A stretch of DNA of 64,000 bases from Eledone cirrhosa (Eukaryota): NCBI GenBank assembly GCA_964016885.1, contig OZ024742.1:82088001-82152000 (forward strand), read 5' to 3'. This document shows, piece after piece, positions 32,700 to 46,210 of this stretch. The notes beneath the pieces were generated by a model, which was given only the letters and a program-made list of their open reading frames with translations, was not told where the DNA came from and made no database searches. The translations under genes were made by a program, and so were the position numbers. The stretch's first letter is position 1. Every line of letters begins with the position of its first letter.

Positions 32700-34420
32700 T
32701 GAAATCATAGAGAATAATATAGAACTTGAAATTATGAAGAATAGTTAAGCAGCCTTTTGGAGAGTATTACACAGGTTGGAACATGCGTTTTATATTGTGC
32801 TGAAAAGCCATTGATATATGCATTCACCCTAAATTTCTAAGAATGAACGACCCTAGCCCTCCTCTCTGACATATGTCCACAACATTCGCTTATGGATTTA
32901 ATCCAAATGTCATCTTAAGTTATTGTGCTGTATAGTGGTTTCATCTCTAGAGAAGTTCTCTCACATCAAATCTAATTTCTATCGCATTATAATCATTTAA
33001 AATTCAGAGTTAACAGAACAATTCAGATCAGTGCATTTATTGCTTCTCCTCAAATAATTATTTTGTAAGTTTCGTTGAGTGTCGGTGCGTGTCCAAATGA
33101 AGTAGACGTTCGAGCAATATGACAGATTTGAAAGATCATTATAAGTGAAAAGAGCAAAGGTGGATAAAGCTGAAGTGTGAGAAAAGGATTGGATAAGAAC
33201 AAGAAAATATTAAAGAAGACGAAAACATTAATATATTCATGAAATATGGTCGGCCGAGAAGTGTCACTTTTATGATAAAAATCAATTAAAAATGAATATA
33301 AATCCTTATATTGTTGCATATTACATTTTACGACTGTGTAACACGTAAACAGATTGGGCTTTTTCATGAAGGATAAAGCCGGTATTATTACTTTTAATGA
33401 ACTATGAAAGGGATTTACTTTGACGAAAGCAAAACCCAAGGGATCACACAAACATGTATAGAAACCTGTGTGGTAGAAAACAATGTAGAAACTGAAGTCT
33501 TATTATAATGGTTTCAGATGCCAAACACAAAGATTCATTCTTTATTTAGAATTCATATGATTGAGAAGAATTAGGTGTTGTTATAAGAGATAGTGTTACA
33601 CGTTGTCATATTTTCACATGATATTAATAAGAAGAAAATTATCTTTTTCTGTAGCTTTATGTGAGCTTTTTAAATGGGAATCAGCAACAGCTTTGAAAGT
33701 AATATACAAGGAAACCTGATGTGATTATTTGATTTAGAAAACAAACCGAACATTTCATCTCACATTACACAAATATACCAGACTTCTATTCAATAATATC
33801 ACTTTTATATAAGAAAGGAAATCAACCGAAAATGCCCAGGATATTCAACATTATAGGAGCTAAGAATTAGCCACTAAATGAATGTAGATACTATATGTGA
33901 ATTTCAAAATGCGTTTAAAATCCATAAAATATAAACCCAAATTAGTTCAAATTTAGGTTAATTAGCTAGCTCAAATGAAACAGAAAGTAAGTTAATACAA
34001 CAGGAAATAATAAATATGTATATAGGTGTTGCGATATTTAGAGGAACTATAGATGTAGTTATTGACTCATATGATGGTGATCAATTATATGAACCCATGC
34101 CAATTTATAATATTGGCCTCTTCAAAGGGGTTAAGTATTTTTCGGAAGTCCTTCTCGAGCTCACCTCTGCTGAGAGTTTCCTGCCACTGTTACATATGAT
34201 GACGATTAATTATATGCGCTCATACCAATATATCAAATAGCTGTCTTGTAAAGAAAATAAATGGAATTTTGTGAAGTGACTTAAATGGATAAAGAAAACA
34301 GGGTTTTTCATGTAGATACAACGACAATTATGTTCCATATGTCATCGAACGCCTTTTAATCTAACTGTGAATTTTAGGGACACAAACACAGTAGGAGCAA
34401 CTATATATGTGTCTGTGTGA
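32700..34420 (-). mobile_element. Highly decayed DNA-transposase remnant, Academ-like
   Basis: Minus strand MTFGLNP*ANVVDI..FILRNLG*MHISMAF (32770-32915) resembles the TFDQPLYAKA..RLGGFH..M.F motif. HNCRCIY at ~34320 resembles the N-terminal YH..C..Y motif. Family assignment is from memory. Confidence 0.4.
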
Positions 34421-35411
34421 TGATGCCTGTGCTTACATAGATATATATTTGGGTACACACATAACTACACATACCTTATAATAATATTTGATTAATTTTG
34501 TTCTTCGTATCTATTGTATATTATATAATACTCAATGAAAATATTTGTATGTAACGATGTGGCTTATATGTTTTAATATATTGATTTTCCCTTTAGATTC
34601 TTGGTTGTTCTGTAATTGAATCTGATAATTTGTGCAAAGGCATATTTTTTATCAGATTATTTCCTTCTTGCATAGACAGACACGTGCGCGCGCACCCACG
34701 CATAATTTCCACAGGTTTAGTTGCAAAGAGATACGTACACTCACACATACACACACGCACACACACACACACACACACACACGTGTGCGCGCATACACAC
34801 ACTCATATACACATATACACACACTGCAGAATAAAAATAAATATTTCTAAATTAACCTATTACCAAAGATATGCTAAGAAATATAGAAAATTCATGATTG
34901 TAAATTTCAGTTTCATTAAAATGTGTTTTTCAAAACATTCAGTTAAAGTATAATCTCTTGAAATGTCTTATTTAAATGTAATCAACACTCTACCGGTACA
35001 CATAATCACAAGATTCCTTACAATCATCTCCATTTCTGTGTTTATAAATATGTAGACTATTGTCGTTTCTGCCAACGTAAGATGAATCATTCTAGGATAA
35101 TATTGAAGTGTTGATTCAATTAAACCAATACTCCCGTAGAAGGCTCCACACATATATATCCATATACGCAGTGGCGGATTGGGTCTAAAAATATTCGTTA
35201 CCATGAGATGAAAATGGATCACCTACGTATATAATGGTATCATTTAATTTTTATGAGAAATAAAAAAAAAACATTTTCAAAAAACACAATAATACAAGAG
35301 TCCAATATAACTTTTGCGGAAAAATCTCTTACGTTCTACAATAAAAAATATTATGTATTTTGCGAAATCCAAAGATTTTTAAAATGACCTTTGATCTGCC
35401 AGACTCATTTA

Positions 35412-35451
<40 letters not shown>

Positions 35452-35780
35452 GTACATATGTATACGTACATACATATATGTATACAGACGTACAGTAGTA
35501 TGTATAGATATAGATATATATATATACATAGATACACACATATATATATATGTACGTATGGATTCACCGAACATTTATTATAATGCTATGTGTGTTTGTA
35601 AACAAACATCACGAATTAAGCCGTACAGTGTCTAGCAACTATCATATATGTGTGCATGTATGTATATACATATACATACTACTGTACGTCTGTATACATA
35701 TATGTATGTACGTATACATACTTATATTTAAGTAATAGCCGTACTAAGAGTGAGAAATGAAATTTCGTTTCATTCTTTCC

Positions 35781-35809
<29 letters not shown>

Positions 35810-35814
<5 letters not shown>

Positions 35815-36221
35815 GTGGAACACTGGAAGGTAATATCCGTAGTGGTAGAGCACTCAGTCCAAGGGACGAGTTAGGTAGAAGTGGTTACACAACAGTACAG
35901 TTAGTTCACCATACCGAGAACAAATGTTTCACCTTAGCGGATCCTCAGCTCGGAATGGGCATGGTTATAGGAACAGGAAGGACAACCGTACGAACGCGCA
36001 TGCGCAGAAACCCGGTCACTTCACGCAGGCAATACTAGACTGCGTGCGAGAGGTGTAAGGGAGATAACTGCGAAAGTCCGAAAAGTGTTGAAAATAAAAT
36101 TACAAAGAATCAGTCCGGAGCCTTGTAGTTATGCAATAGGTATTTGGCGACGTGTGGACAACGTGGGAAAAATTCAATCCTCGTGTTTAGGCAATCACTA
36201 TTGCGTAATCTCTTTATAATA
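35810..36221 (-). mobile_element. PLE 3' end (ORF C-terminus + pLTR with hammerhead), same family as 57-59.8 kb element
   Basis: KRLRNSDCLNTRIEFFPRCPHVAKYLLHNYKAPD* and a pLTR homologous to 59430-59840. Confidence 0.88.
35914..35953 (-). ncRNA. Minimal type I hammerhead ribozyme
   Basis: CCGAG-CTGAGGA-TCC-GCTAA-GGT-GAAA-CATTTG-TT-CTCGG. Sister copies at 40347-40384 and 59707-59744. Confidence 0.78.
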
Positions 36222-37575
36222 GGGTTACTGTTCGTCTTATGGTCTTTTCGAAGCCAATACAACGCTGGCACGTCATTGTTCCAGCCCTGGAAGATGTTGG
36301 CAGTCCGTTTATTGTGCTGCATTATGTTTGTCCACATCATCATATGAGCGTTGAGGGTTTTCTCCCTATCCTCATGCTCTTGTGGTGTTACTTCTCTTGT
36401 GTTAGTGATGAGGGTTGCATTGCCTGGATGTAGTTTGACAGACTGTCAACCAACATTCTGCCCACTTGTCTGTTGGAAAGCATACAATCACTCCATTACG
36501 TGAGCGTTGCATGAGCTTACGCAATCCATTTGCAGATTTTTCTCCCAGTTGCTGGGGCTCCATTCTATTTTGCTTCTTGATATACTGTTCTATAATATTT
36601 CTAAGTTTATATCTAGCTATACTAAATTGTGCTTCTTTTTGTTCCTCGACCTGCGACGGATATTGCGTGCGTTTGTTAAAAGCTAAAGTCGTGACGTGGA
36701 CTCGTCGTAGGTCGAAGGACATATCCGAAGGGTTATAACAAGCAGGCAGAATTCCAGGCTGCTGATTCATGTAACTATTGATGTTGTTAATGTTAGTTGT
36801 GTTGATTATATTTCTATTTCCACCAACAGCCTCATGGTTGTTTCTATGTCTCTCATTATTCCTCCTGTCTCTTTCATCTGGCTCATTGTTATTATCTACT
36901 CTATTTTGTATGTATGTGTGTTCGTCCTCGTTATGTTCTCTGTCAGTATCGATAGTCTCCCTTCTTCTTTCAATCCCATTACGTTCCCTTACTTGTGTTA
37001 CTGTCATTATCTGATTTCTGTGTCTGGGTGTCTGTTAAGATTGCTGTGGTGGGGGTGAGAGGCATACGATGTGTGTGTGTTGTTGTTGTTGTTGTTGTTG
37101 TGTGGTGTTGTTGATGTGTGTTGCTGTTGTTGTTGTCTCCGTGTATATTGTTATTATTGTTGTGTGTGTTGTTGTTGTTGTTTGTGTCTGTGTGTCTGTT
37201 GTTGTTGTCTCTGAGTATGTTATTATTGTTGTTGGGTGTGTTGTTGTTGTTGTTGTTGTTATCGTTGTTTGTGTCTGTGTGTCTGTTGTTGTTGGGATGT
37301 GTGTTGTGTGTGTGTGTGTGCGTATGTTGTTACATTTGTTTTTGTTTTTGTTGTTGTTTCTTTTGAGGCTCCAACGTAATTTTGTAAATGATTTTTCTAT
37401 TTATGACAAGCATCTTATCAGATTTACCTTATTATATGTGGCATATTTAGGTGGTTGCTGTAATGTGGATAGTTCCTCATGGTCTACTGTAGTGTTGCTG
37501 TATATATTTGTGTTGTTGTTGAATTCATCTGTTAATGAGATTTCGGCCATGTTTATACCATCAATGCTATCTGGA
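36222..37575 (-). mobile_element. N-terminal fragment of a Neptune-like PLE ORF
   Basis: FDLRRVHVTTLAFNKR..P, GLRKL..IVCFPTDK.GR and PALYWLRKDHK, with a (CAA)-rich low-complexity block at 37070-37365. Confidence 0.7.
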
Positions 37576-37615
37576 TATATATATGTGTATATATATATAT
37601 AAATATATATATATG

Positions 37616-37740
<125 letters not shown>

Positions 37741-38164
37741 GCTTGTGTGTGTGTGGCTATATATGTATGTATGCATGCATGACTAAATGCACTAAGCTTT
37801 ATATTTAGTAGAATGTACAACCATTGATTCCAGCTATTTGCACTATCATAAATGTTTGTTTCTCTTAATTCCCTGGGGAATTGGTTGACCAAATGCTTAG
37901 CTTAATAGATGTATTTAAAAAAAAAAAAATTCTTTCTCCTAGAATTCGTGTATTTTTTTTAGGCTAAGCATTGGTCCCTAAAATAGTACAGTGCGCTGTG
38001 CAATGCTACTGCGGGTTACTGCAATGCTACCGTGGGCCCCCTGGGGACCACATGGTATTGGTCAACATGGCAACCTGGCATATCTGCCACTGGATATATA
38101 TATTATTTGTTTGTTAAAATACTTAAATTGAATTAAGTCAATAGTTAAACACACGTAGGAATAA

Positions 38165-38660
38165 TAAGGTGGTGGCGAAAGAGCTAGAAGATTGATAGAA
38201 ATATGATTAATAGCTTTAAGAAGACCATGAACAACACCACATCATGTTAACTTTGATTTTGGAAGTAGTTTTAGAATTATTTATTTTCATTATACTTTTG
38301 TAGCTGTCTCGCCGGACTAGTTAGAGGAATCCTAGACGGTGGTGATCCAGTTCTGAAGTTCGATCCTGGTCGCGAGTAGGATTCTCGGAAGACAATTTCA
38401 GTTTTTTTCTATAGAATGTAAAATATAACTGAAAATGCCTACATGTACCTCTCAACCAGGATTGAGCGCAAGACCAGGATCCACATCGTCTCTAGTACCT
38501 ACCACTAGTCTACTGACACAACTACAACATTTTACTGAAATTTCATACTTATAAACCTACTTTAAAAATCCTCAAAACAAAATGATGTGTTATCGTTCAT
38601 GTCCTTCTTAATATTATTGCTCCTGCTAAAGCTCAAATTCTAAATCATTTCGCTGTACCA
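38165..38660. repeat. Old ~500-bp palindrome with tRNA-like segment in each arm
   Basis: ggactagt..gttcgatcctggt (B-box 38358-38366) is mirrored by accaggattgagc..actagtct, with the centre at ~38415. Confidence 0.55.
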
Positions 38661-38732
38661 TAAACTACATCGTCGTATAGTTTCTCATCTATCTAGTCCG
38701 TGTTTCATTTCTGATCGTACGCACGTCTCCCA

Positions 38733-38832
<100 letters not shown>

Positions 38833-38957
38833 TCTCTGTTATATTTAACTCTACTGTTTGGTGATTAATTTATTCATATATATATGTTTCTGCATGTCGG
38901 ATTCAAATTACAATTATTGGCATTATATATATATATGTATATATATATGTATATATA

Positions 38958-40183
38958 CACGGTATTTGAGGACACATGCATTTTTAGTCATTATTTTATT
39001 TGACTAATTATTATTGAACTTCTATTTCAGAAAATAACAATGAAAATAAATATGCTTACAAATGAAATGAAACGGTCTGCTGTGATTGTGGCTTTGAAGG
39101 CTTAGCATGGTGACTAAGAAATTTTCTTTTTCTGAAAATTGCAAAATCGTTTGTCCACAACATTCGGTGTGAGTTAGAGAAAGAAGATGGAAGGGTATTA
39201 CTTGTATCAAAACGTAAAAATAAAACATTCCAAATGCTCAGATTCTATTAGGAAGTTAAGCAAAAAATTGATGACAATCCAGGAAAATCAATGACGTGAA
39301 TTGCAATAATTTTTGTGTCAGAAAAAACAATCAGAAATGTTGTGCATAAAGACATCAGATCAAAATCTTACGTGATCAGGAGAGGTCAATTCATGTCAGA
39401 AAAAATCAAACGAAAACCGTTTAATTAGATCCAAAAGACGTTTGAACATAGTTAAAAATTCATCAGGAAATGATGTGATTTGGTTTTTCTCAGATGAAGA
39501 AAACTTTGACCAGCATCAGAAAATTAACAGATATAGCAGGTGTCGATGTGCAGACCCTTCTGGGGTTTTAAGAGTAATGTATACAAGATTTCCTGCAAGT
39601 GTCATGGTTTTGGGTGTTGTTAGCAATGAAGGACATGTGATCCTCCTCACTTTTTTCCACAAAGCCTTAGGGTGAATGCTGCTGCGTATATTGAGGTTCT
39701 GGATAAGGTTGTTAAGCCTTGAATCAACAGTATATGCAATGAAAGGCCTTATGTCTTTCAACAAGATTCTGCACCATTACACAAAGCTCAAATGACACAA
39801 GAACGGAGGGCCGTAAAATTGCATGATCATATCACACCCAACATTTGGCCTCCTAATTTTCCAGATCTCAATCCACTGGAATACTATGTATGGAACATCG
39901 TTGAGAAAAAATGTCAATGAACACCCCTATAGCACAAAAGATTCTTTAAAATCCGCAATAGTTCGAGTCAGCCCGATATAAACAAGGACCACTTAATTCG
40001 ATCTTGTAAACCATTTCAACCACACGTATAGGCACGTATTGATGCATATGGTGGTTTTATTGAATGGAAGCATTAAGTTGATAACTTAGCATTATGTTTA
40101 TGTTATTTCTATAAGAATACATTTTTTTCCTCTTATTGTATAAGCCTTTTTTTTTAAACCATAAATCTGTCCTCAAATAACGT

Positions 40184-40188
<5 letters not shown>
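38958..40188 (+). mobile_element. Tc1/mariner transposon, maT (DD37D)-type, decayed
   Basis: WFFSDEENF, ASVMVLGVVSNEG, FQQDSAPLH and WPPNFPDLNPLEYYVW, with 37 residues between the 2nd and 3rd acidic residues. TIR core tatttgaggaca / tgtcctcaaata; TA flanks. Confidence 0.92.
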
Positions 40189-40223
<35 letters not shown>

Positions 40224-40276
40224 GTATAGAAATTATTGAAAGCGTGAAGCCAACAGTATTTCATAATATATATAAA

Positions 40277-40488
40277 AGTGGTTACGCAACAGTTAGTTCA
40301 CCATATCGGGAACACCTTAGTGGATCCTTAGCTCGTAATGGCATTACGAGCTGAGCATCCGCTAAGGTGAAACAATTGTTCTCGGTATGGTGAACTAACT
40401 GTTGTGTAACCACTTCTACCTAACTCGTCCCATGGATTGAATGCTCTACCACTACGGATATTACCTTCCAGTGTTCTACCACTATAGA
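40277..40488 (+). mobile_element. pLTR fold-back of the 35.8/59.5 kb PLE family
   Basis: Palindrome centred at cgtaatg-g-cattacg (~40341). Right arm carries CGAG-CTGAGCA-TCC..GGT-GAAA-CAATTG-TT-CTCG. Confidence 0.82.
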
Positions 40489-40771
40489 TATATATATATA
40501 TATCCGCCTCTGCCTTCTATCTTTGCACACGGCACTAGACAGAATTGCTTCTTTATCATACGCTCTCACCACGGGAACAATTTTTAATAGCGCCAGTTCT
40601 TGATTTGAACTGGGGAATTTTATATTCTCCGAGTCTTCCTTTTCAATGGATTTTCCGCATGGATTATCCATTTATTTTGAGACTTGAAACCGTACGGTAA
40701 GGGTAATTACAGCAGGTACATTGAACTTTTTAAAATTTATTTTAAATTTTTTTCTTATTTGCTAAACCTTG

Positions 40772-40867
<96 letters not shown>

Positions 40868-40996
40868 GGAGTGCGTGTATTCGTGTGCAAGTACACATGT
40901 GTATATATTGATTTATATTCATATGTGTAAATAACATGTTTTCAGATTGTACAAAAATCCCTAAGGATGTTATTGACATATATATATATATATATA

Positions 40997-41083
40997 TGAT
41001 GGCTGCCCCCTCGTTATCGAGTATGGCCATTGCACGAGGAGAAAAAAAATAATAATAAATAAATAAAAAAGAAAATTAAATTA

Positions 41084-41130
<47 letters not shown>

Positions 41131-44100
41131 TACCTACATACATACACACATATATATATATAGATACACACATATACATTAATAACAATAATAATAATAA
41201 CAATAACAATAACGACAACAACAACAATAATAATATACATATACATATATATATACACGCACGCACACACATAAACATATCTATATACACACACACACGA
41301 TAGCAACTAACAGCGCTACGAACGAATGTCGCTTTTTAGCCTAGCCAATGATATAAAATGTCTTGCACAGAGTCGGCAACCAAAATATTCACTGGGAATA
41401 GCCTGCTGTGTCTGGAGTTCATGTACTTTTGCATGTCGCTTGAGCCCTCCTGCTGATCTACATTCTCTACCACATGTTTGGCAAGCATGATGAGTAGCAT
41501 CTCCAACAGCAGCCTGGTAGTCAACGACTGGTCTTACTTTATGACTGCGACGATGACTTTCGAGTCCAGCTTTGCTTAGGCAGTCTCTAACAGACGCTGC
41601 ATGTCAGCACCATAGGAGGACCCTCGCCGTATAGAAGTGCAACAGCAATGCCCTTCCTCACATGCCGCTTTACTTTCTCGTATGCGATTCGAGATGCCTC
41701 AAAGGCAACTTTTCCCTGATACACAGTATTTCTCCATTTATTACGATCAGCAGCAATATTTTCCCATGTATCAGCAAAGATGTTAGCGTCTTTCAAAGAG
41801 GCTTTCAAGGAATCCTTATACCTCTTTTTTGGTTTATGTGGCGGTCGTTTTCCTTTAACCAACTCTCCATAAAAGAGTTATGTTGGTATTCTAGAATCCT
41901 TCATCCTGGCAAGGTTAACACTCCAACGGAGTCGTTGCTTAAGCACAATAGCTTTTATACTGTCACACATAGAGCTTTCCAAAATCTCGACATCACTTAT
42001 GTGGTCCCTCCAGTGAACGCCATGGATCCGTCTGAGACACATCTTATGGAAACGCTCCAATTACTAAAGGTGGTGTCGATATGAGGCATAAAGAAGACAA
42101 GAGAGCACACATGCCTTGTACACCTTTAACTTTGTCCTCCTGCATATGTCTCGCCGACTCCAGAGTCGCCTTTCTAGATTTCCGAAAGCATCACTTGCTT
42201 TCCTAATAAGTGAGATTTCACTGTCAAGGTTGCTGTATCGATTGACAGTACTTCCCAGGTAGACAAACTGATCAACCACTCCAAGTAGTTTATCATACAC
42301 ATAGATATTTGGTTCAGTGTACTGCTTACCAGGGGCAGGTTGGTACATGACGAAGGTTTTCTTGAGACTGCCAGTCAATCCTAGGGCAGAGCAAGCGTCA
42401 GAAAATGCATTCAAAATGTGCTGCATATCACTCTCTGTGTGCGCTACAAGATCGCAATCATCTGCATACAAGAGGTCTCTTATGATTTATGTAAATACTT
42501 TTGTCTTTGCAGCAAAGAGCCTGATGTTAAATATGCTGCCTGAGGTTCGATATCGGATGTAAACACCATGCTCGCAATTCCTGAATGCAATACAGAAAAC
42601 CATTGCAAAGTATATGGCAAACAGGGTCGGTGCTGGAATATCCCCCTGTTTCACTCCATTTCTTACTGAGATAGGCTCCGACATGTTACCTCCGACATTA
42701 ACCCAAGCCTTCATATCGTCATGGAAAGACCTAACTAAAGCAAGGAACTTATCAGGGCAACCAAGTTTCTGGAGAACCTTCCATAATGCATCTCTGTTAA
42801 CAGTATCGAAAGCTTTTGTCAGATCGACAAAAACCTGATACAGATCCAAGCCTTGTTCCATGCACTTCTCCTGGAGCTGTCTAGCTGAGAAGATCATATC
42901 AGTAGTGCCGCGTCCAGCACGAAAATCAGATTGACTTTCAGGAAGAACACAATCTGCAATGTGCGTCAGCAGACGGTCCAGAAGCTCCCTACATAAAACT
43001 TTCCCTACGATAGAAAGCAATGATATACCCCTGTAGTTCCCACAATAATTCCTGTTACCCTTTCCCTTGTACAAGACCACCATTACTGCATTCTCCAGTC
43101 CTCAGGTACGGATTCATTAGCCCATATCCCGCCAAACAAAGAGTGAAGATGTTGCAGGAGTCTCTCACCACCATATTATAGGAGCTCAGCATGTATGCCA
43201 TCCATACCTGGAAACCTTCCACTGTTCAGCTTCGAGATAGCCACTGCAACCTCCACAAGCATCGGAGATTCTGCGAGAGCTACTTTCACAGGACTTTCTG
43301 GAATGAGATTGAGGAAATCTTCACTAACGACAGACGGCTGATTCAAAAGATAATCAAACTGCTCTCGCCACCTTCGTAGAATTCCTTGTGAGTCACGAAG
43401 AAGTTCTTTGCCATCCTTGCTGCGAAGCGGTGTCACCAGAGAAGAAGACCGTCCATAAACATCACGCAGGAGACGTACAACAGCTTTGTGTTATTTGAAT
43501 CTGACGCAGTTTGTATCTCACCAGCCTTCTCACTCCACCACTGATCCTTCATCTGAGAAAGACTCCGCCTTACACGTGATTTTACATCCTTGAGTTCCTC
43601 ATAAACGTATTCCTTTCCTGTGGTTTTGCCGTCAAGTAGCGTGACAGAGCACGCCTCTTATCAGCCAACAAATCTTCTATATGTACATCATTCTCATTAA
43701 ACCAGTCTGCAGCAATCCCAGAACAAGCCTGCCTACATCATCAACCGACTTTTTAAGGGTCGGTCAATCCTCACCAAGATATGCAGCCTGCATCTCTTCT
43801 TCCAATGTCCTCTTCACATTTTTATCCTTAAGACGAGCAGCATTCAATATTGTGGGCAAGGCAACACCAGGAGCCCGGATTTTACGTTTAGTGATTAGTT
43901 TCAATTTTGCGCGTACCAGCCGGTGGTCTGTCCAGCACTCAGCTCCACGAAGAGCACGAACACACTGCACATCCTGTCTGTCACGCATCCTGACTAGGAC
44001 GTAGTCCAAAAGATGCCATTCCTTAGATGCAGGATGCATCCATGTGGTCTTGAATTTGTTCTTTTGTTGGAACATGGTGTTGGTAACACACAGATCCAGC

Positions 44101-44645
44101 TCCTCACACATCTGCAGCAGGAGCATACCATTGTTGTTACACTGTCGCACCCCATGCCTTCCGATTACATTCCATGTGTTAAAATCCCTATCCACTCTAG
44201 AATTAAAGTCGAGGGATATTTCTCAAAACACCTTTTAAGGCATGGTAAAAGGACACTTTTTCTTCATCGACAGAATTCATAGTTGGAGCATACACACTCA
44301 CCAGGGTCGCATATCTTCCTTTGTCCAGCGGAATTCTCATGGACATAAGACGCCCACTAATCCCTACTGGGAATTCTTCTAATTTATTCACAAGAACACT
44401 CTTAACAGCAAATCCTACCCCAGCCTCTCTTCTGGTTCCTTCATCTCTTCTTTTCCAGAAGAATGTATATTCTCCAGAAAATTCTGTATGATGACCATCT
44501 CCAGCTAACCTCGTCTCAGATAAAGCCACGTTGTCAAGATCGTAACGTCAAAGCTCCTTTGCAACAAGAGCGGTCCTTCGTTCAGGACGCTCCAAGGAAT
44601 CGTTGTCAAGCAGCGTCCGTACGTTCCAGCAGCCAAGACTAAATG
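40997..44645 (-). mobile_element. RTE-BovB-like LINE (APE + RT + C-terminal C2H2 fingers), near full ORF, decayed
   Basis: LGCWNVRTL..ALSETRL, VSVYAPT, WHLLDYVL, CWTDHRLV, YRGISLLS, LPESQ, GVKQGD..PTLF, YADD, FVYLGS. RTE-type 3' terminus at ~40997-41040; (AT)n on both flanks. Confidence 0.93.
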
Positions 44646-44665
44646 CCTATATGTATATATATATG

Positions 44666-44729
<64 letters not shown>

Positions 44730-46210
44730 CACTAATTAATTTGACAGATGTCTTTAATATTATTTGGTCAGTAGTTCGTGTATATGTGTAAGTATATATA
44801 TATATATATATGTGTGTGTGAGTGTATGTGTGTGTGTGTGTGTGTGTGTATGTGGGTGTGCTTGTGTGTGTCTATATATGAATGTGTTCATGCATGAATG
44901 AATGCAGTAAGCTTTAGATTTCGTAGAATATACAACCACTTATTCCAGCTATTTGCACTATCATATATTTTGGTTTCCATTACTTTCCTTTCCCTTAGAC
45001 TTCAGGTATTTGTTTAAACCAAAGCATTGGCCTCTACAATATTACAGCGGGTCCAGCAATGCTACTGTGGGCCCCTACCATGCTAACGTGAGCTCCCTAG
45101 GGCCCACTTGCCCATGGGCAACCTGGCAACCTGGCCAGTCCGCCATTGCCTATACGCCATAATCTTATTTATAATTCTAATTCAATGGAACAGATTCTAA
45201 AAGTTTCATTGAATCGGTTGTGTTTAGTATTGTCTGAACTAAATCCTGACATTGAGAAATCTTATTCCACAGCAACACACTAAATCTTCAACTAACCAAC
45301 ATATCTATAAGAACGTACGTCAACTAGAAAATGGCAATATGTTAAATAATTCGTAATTTGTCAGAATGAAATTTCCTAATGCAATTAATTATTATGTAAG
45401 TTGTCATAGTCAATGAAAACCGGTAAAAAATATTTCGTAAAACCTTATGTTTAACGTATGTAGTAATTATGTACTAAATATTGAAGAGGTTTCTTTTGAA
45501 GCGTTAAAGAAAGCGCTATTGTATAAAAACACTTCTGTACATGTCCCTCTATATATATACTTTCTGAATAAATGACTTTTACAGACCTCATTTAATCTCA
45601 TAAATTGCTTTTGAGATTCAATGTTCCATTTCACTCAATATCACATATGGCATTTAAATAGAATATAAATAAGTTTAAAAAAGTAACTATGATATTTTGT
45701 TATTAGATTGCAATATCCACTGGTGTGTTCCATTTTCTACATGATACCAGATAAATAACCGCTTCGTACGAAAAATATATCTATATATCGGGAATAGAAG
45801 ACACAAGCAAATTAATGTATTTATGTTGTATGCCAAAAGTAGAAACAATTATATCTTATACATAAAAAGCGAAACAAACCGGCAACACTGTTGAATGCTC
45901 TGATGCATCTGATGCCTCTAAACCACAAAAATTCTCTCAGGGAAAAGAAAAAGATCCGACAGTATCCCCAAGTGAGTCCAACCGAGCTCGTGGTTGTTTT
46001 CCTTCTTCTTCTTATTATTATTATTATTGAATGCCATGGTTGACGGAGGCTCGGCTCTGTAAGGTACAGTAATTTTTAACCGCTATAACAATTGTAAATT
46101 GTTTAAAACTTTAACCAAATTGTAGATAAAAACCCCCTCCTCCTCGTGAGAGGAGTCTTTCTGCCCGTTATTTGGCCCTTCGAGGTTAAATAACCGTTTA
46201 TTGGGGTTTT

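Noticed and set aside
34016-34240. 74-aa plus-strand ORF that looks protein-like
   Set aside because: No recognisable motif; lies antisense to the putative Academ-like remnant.
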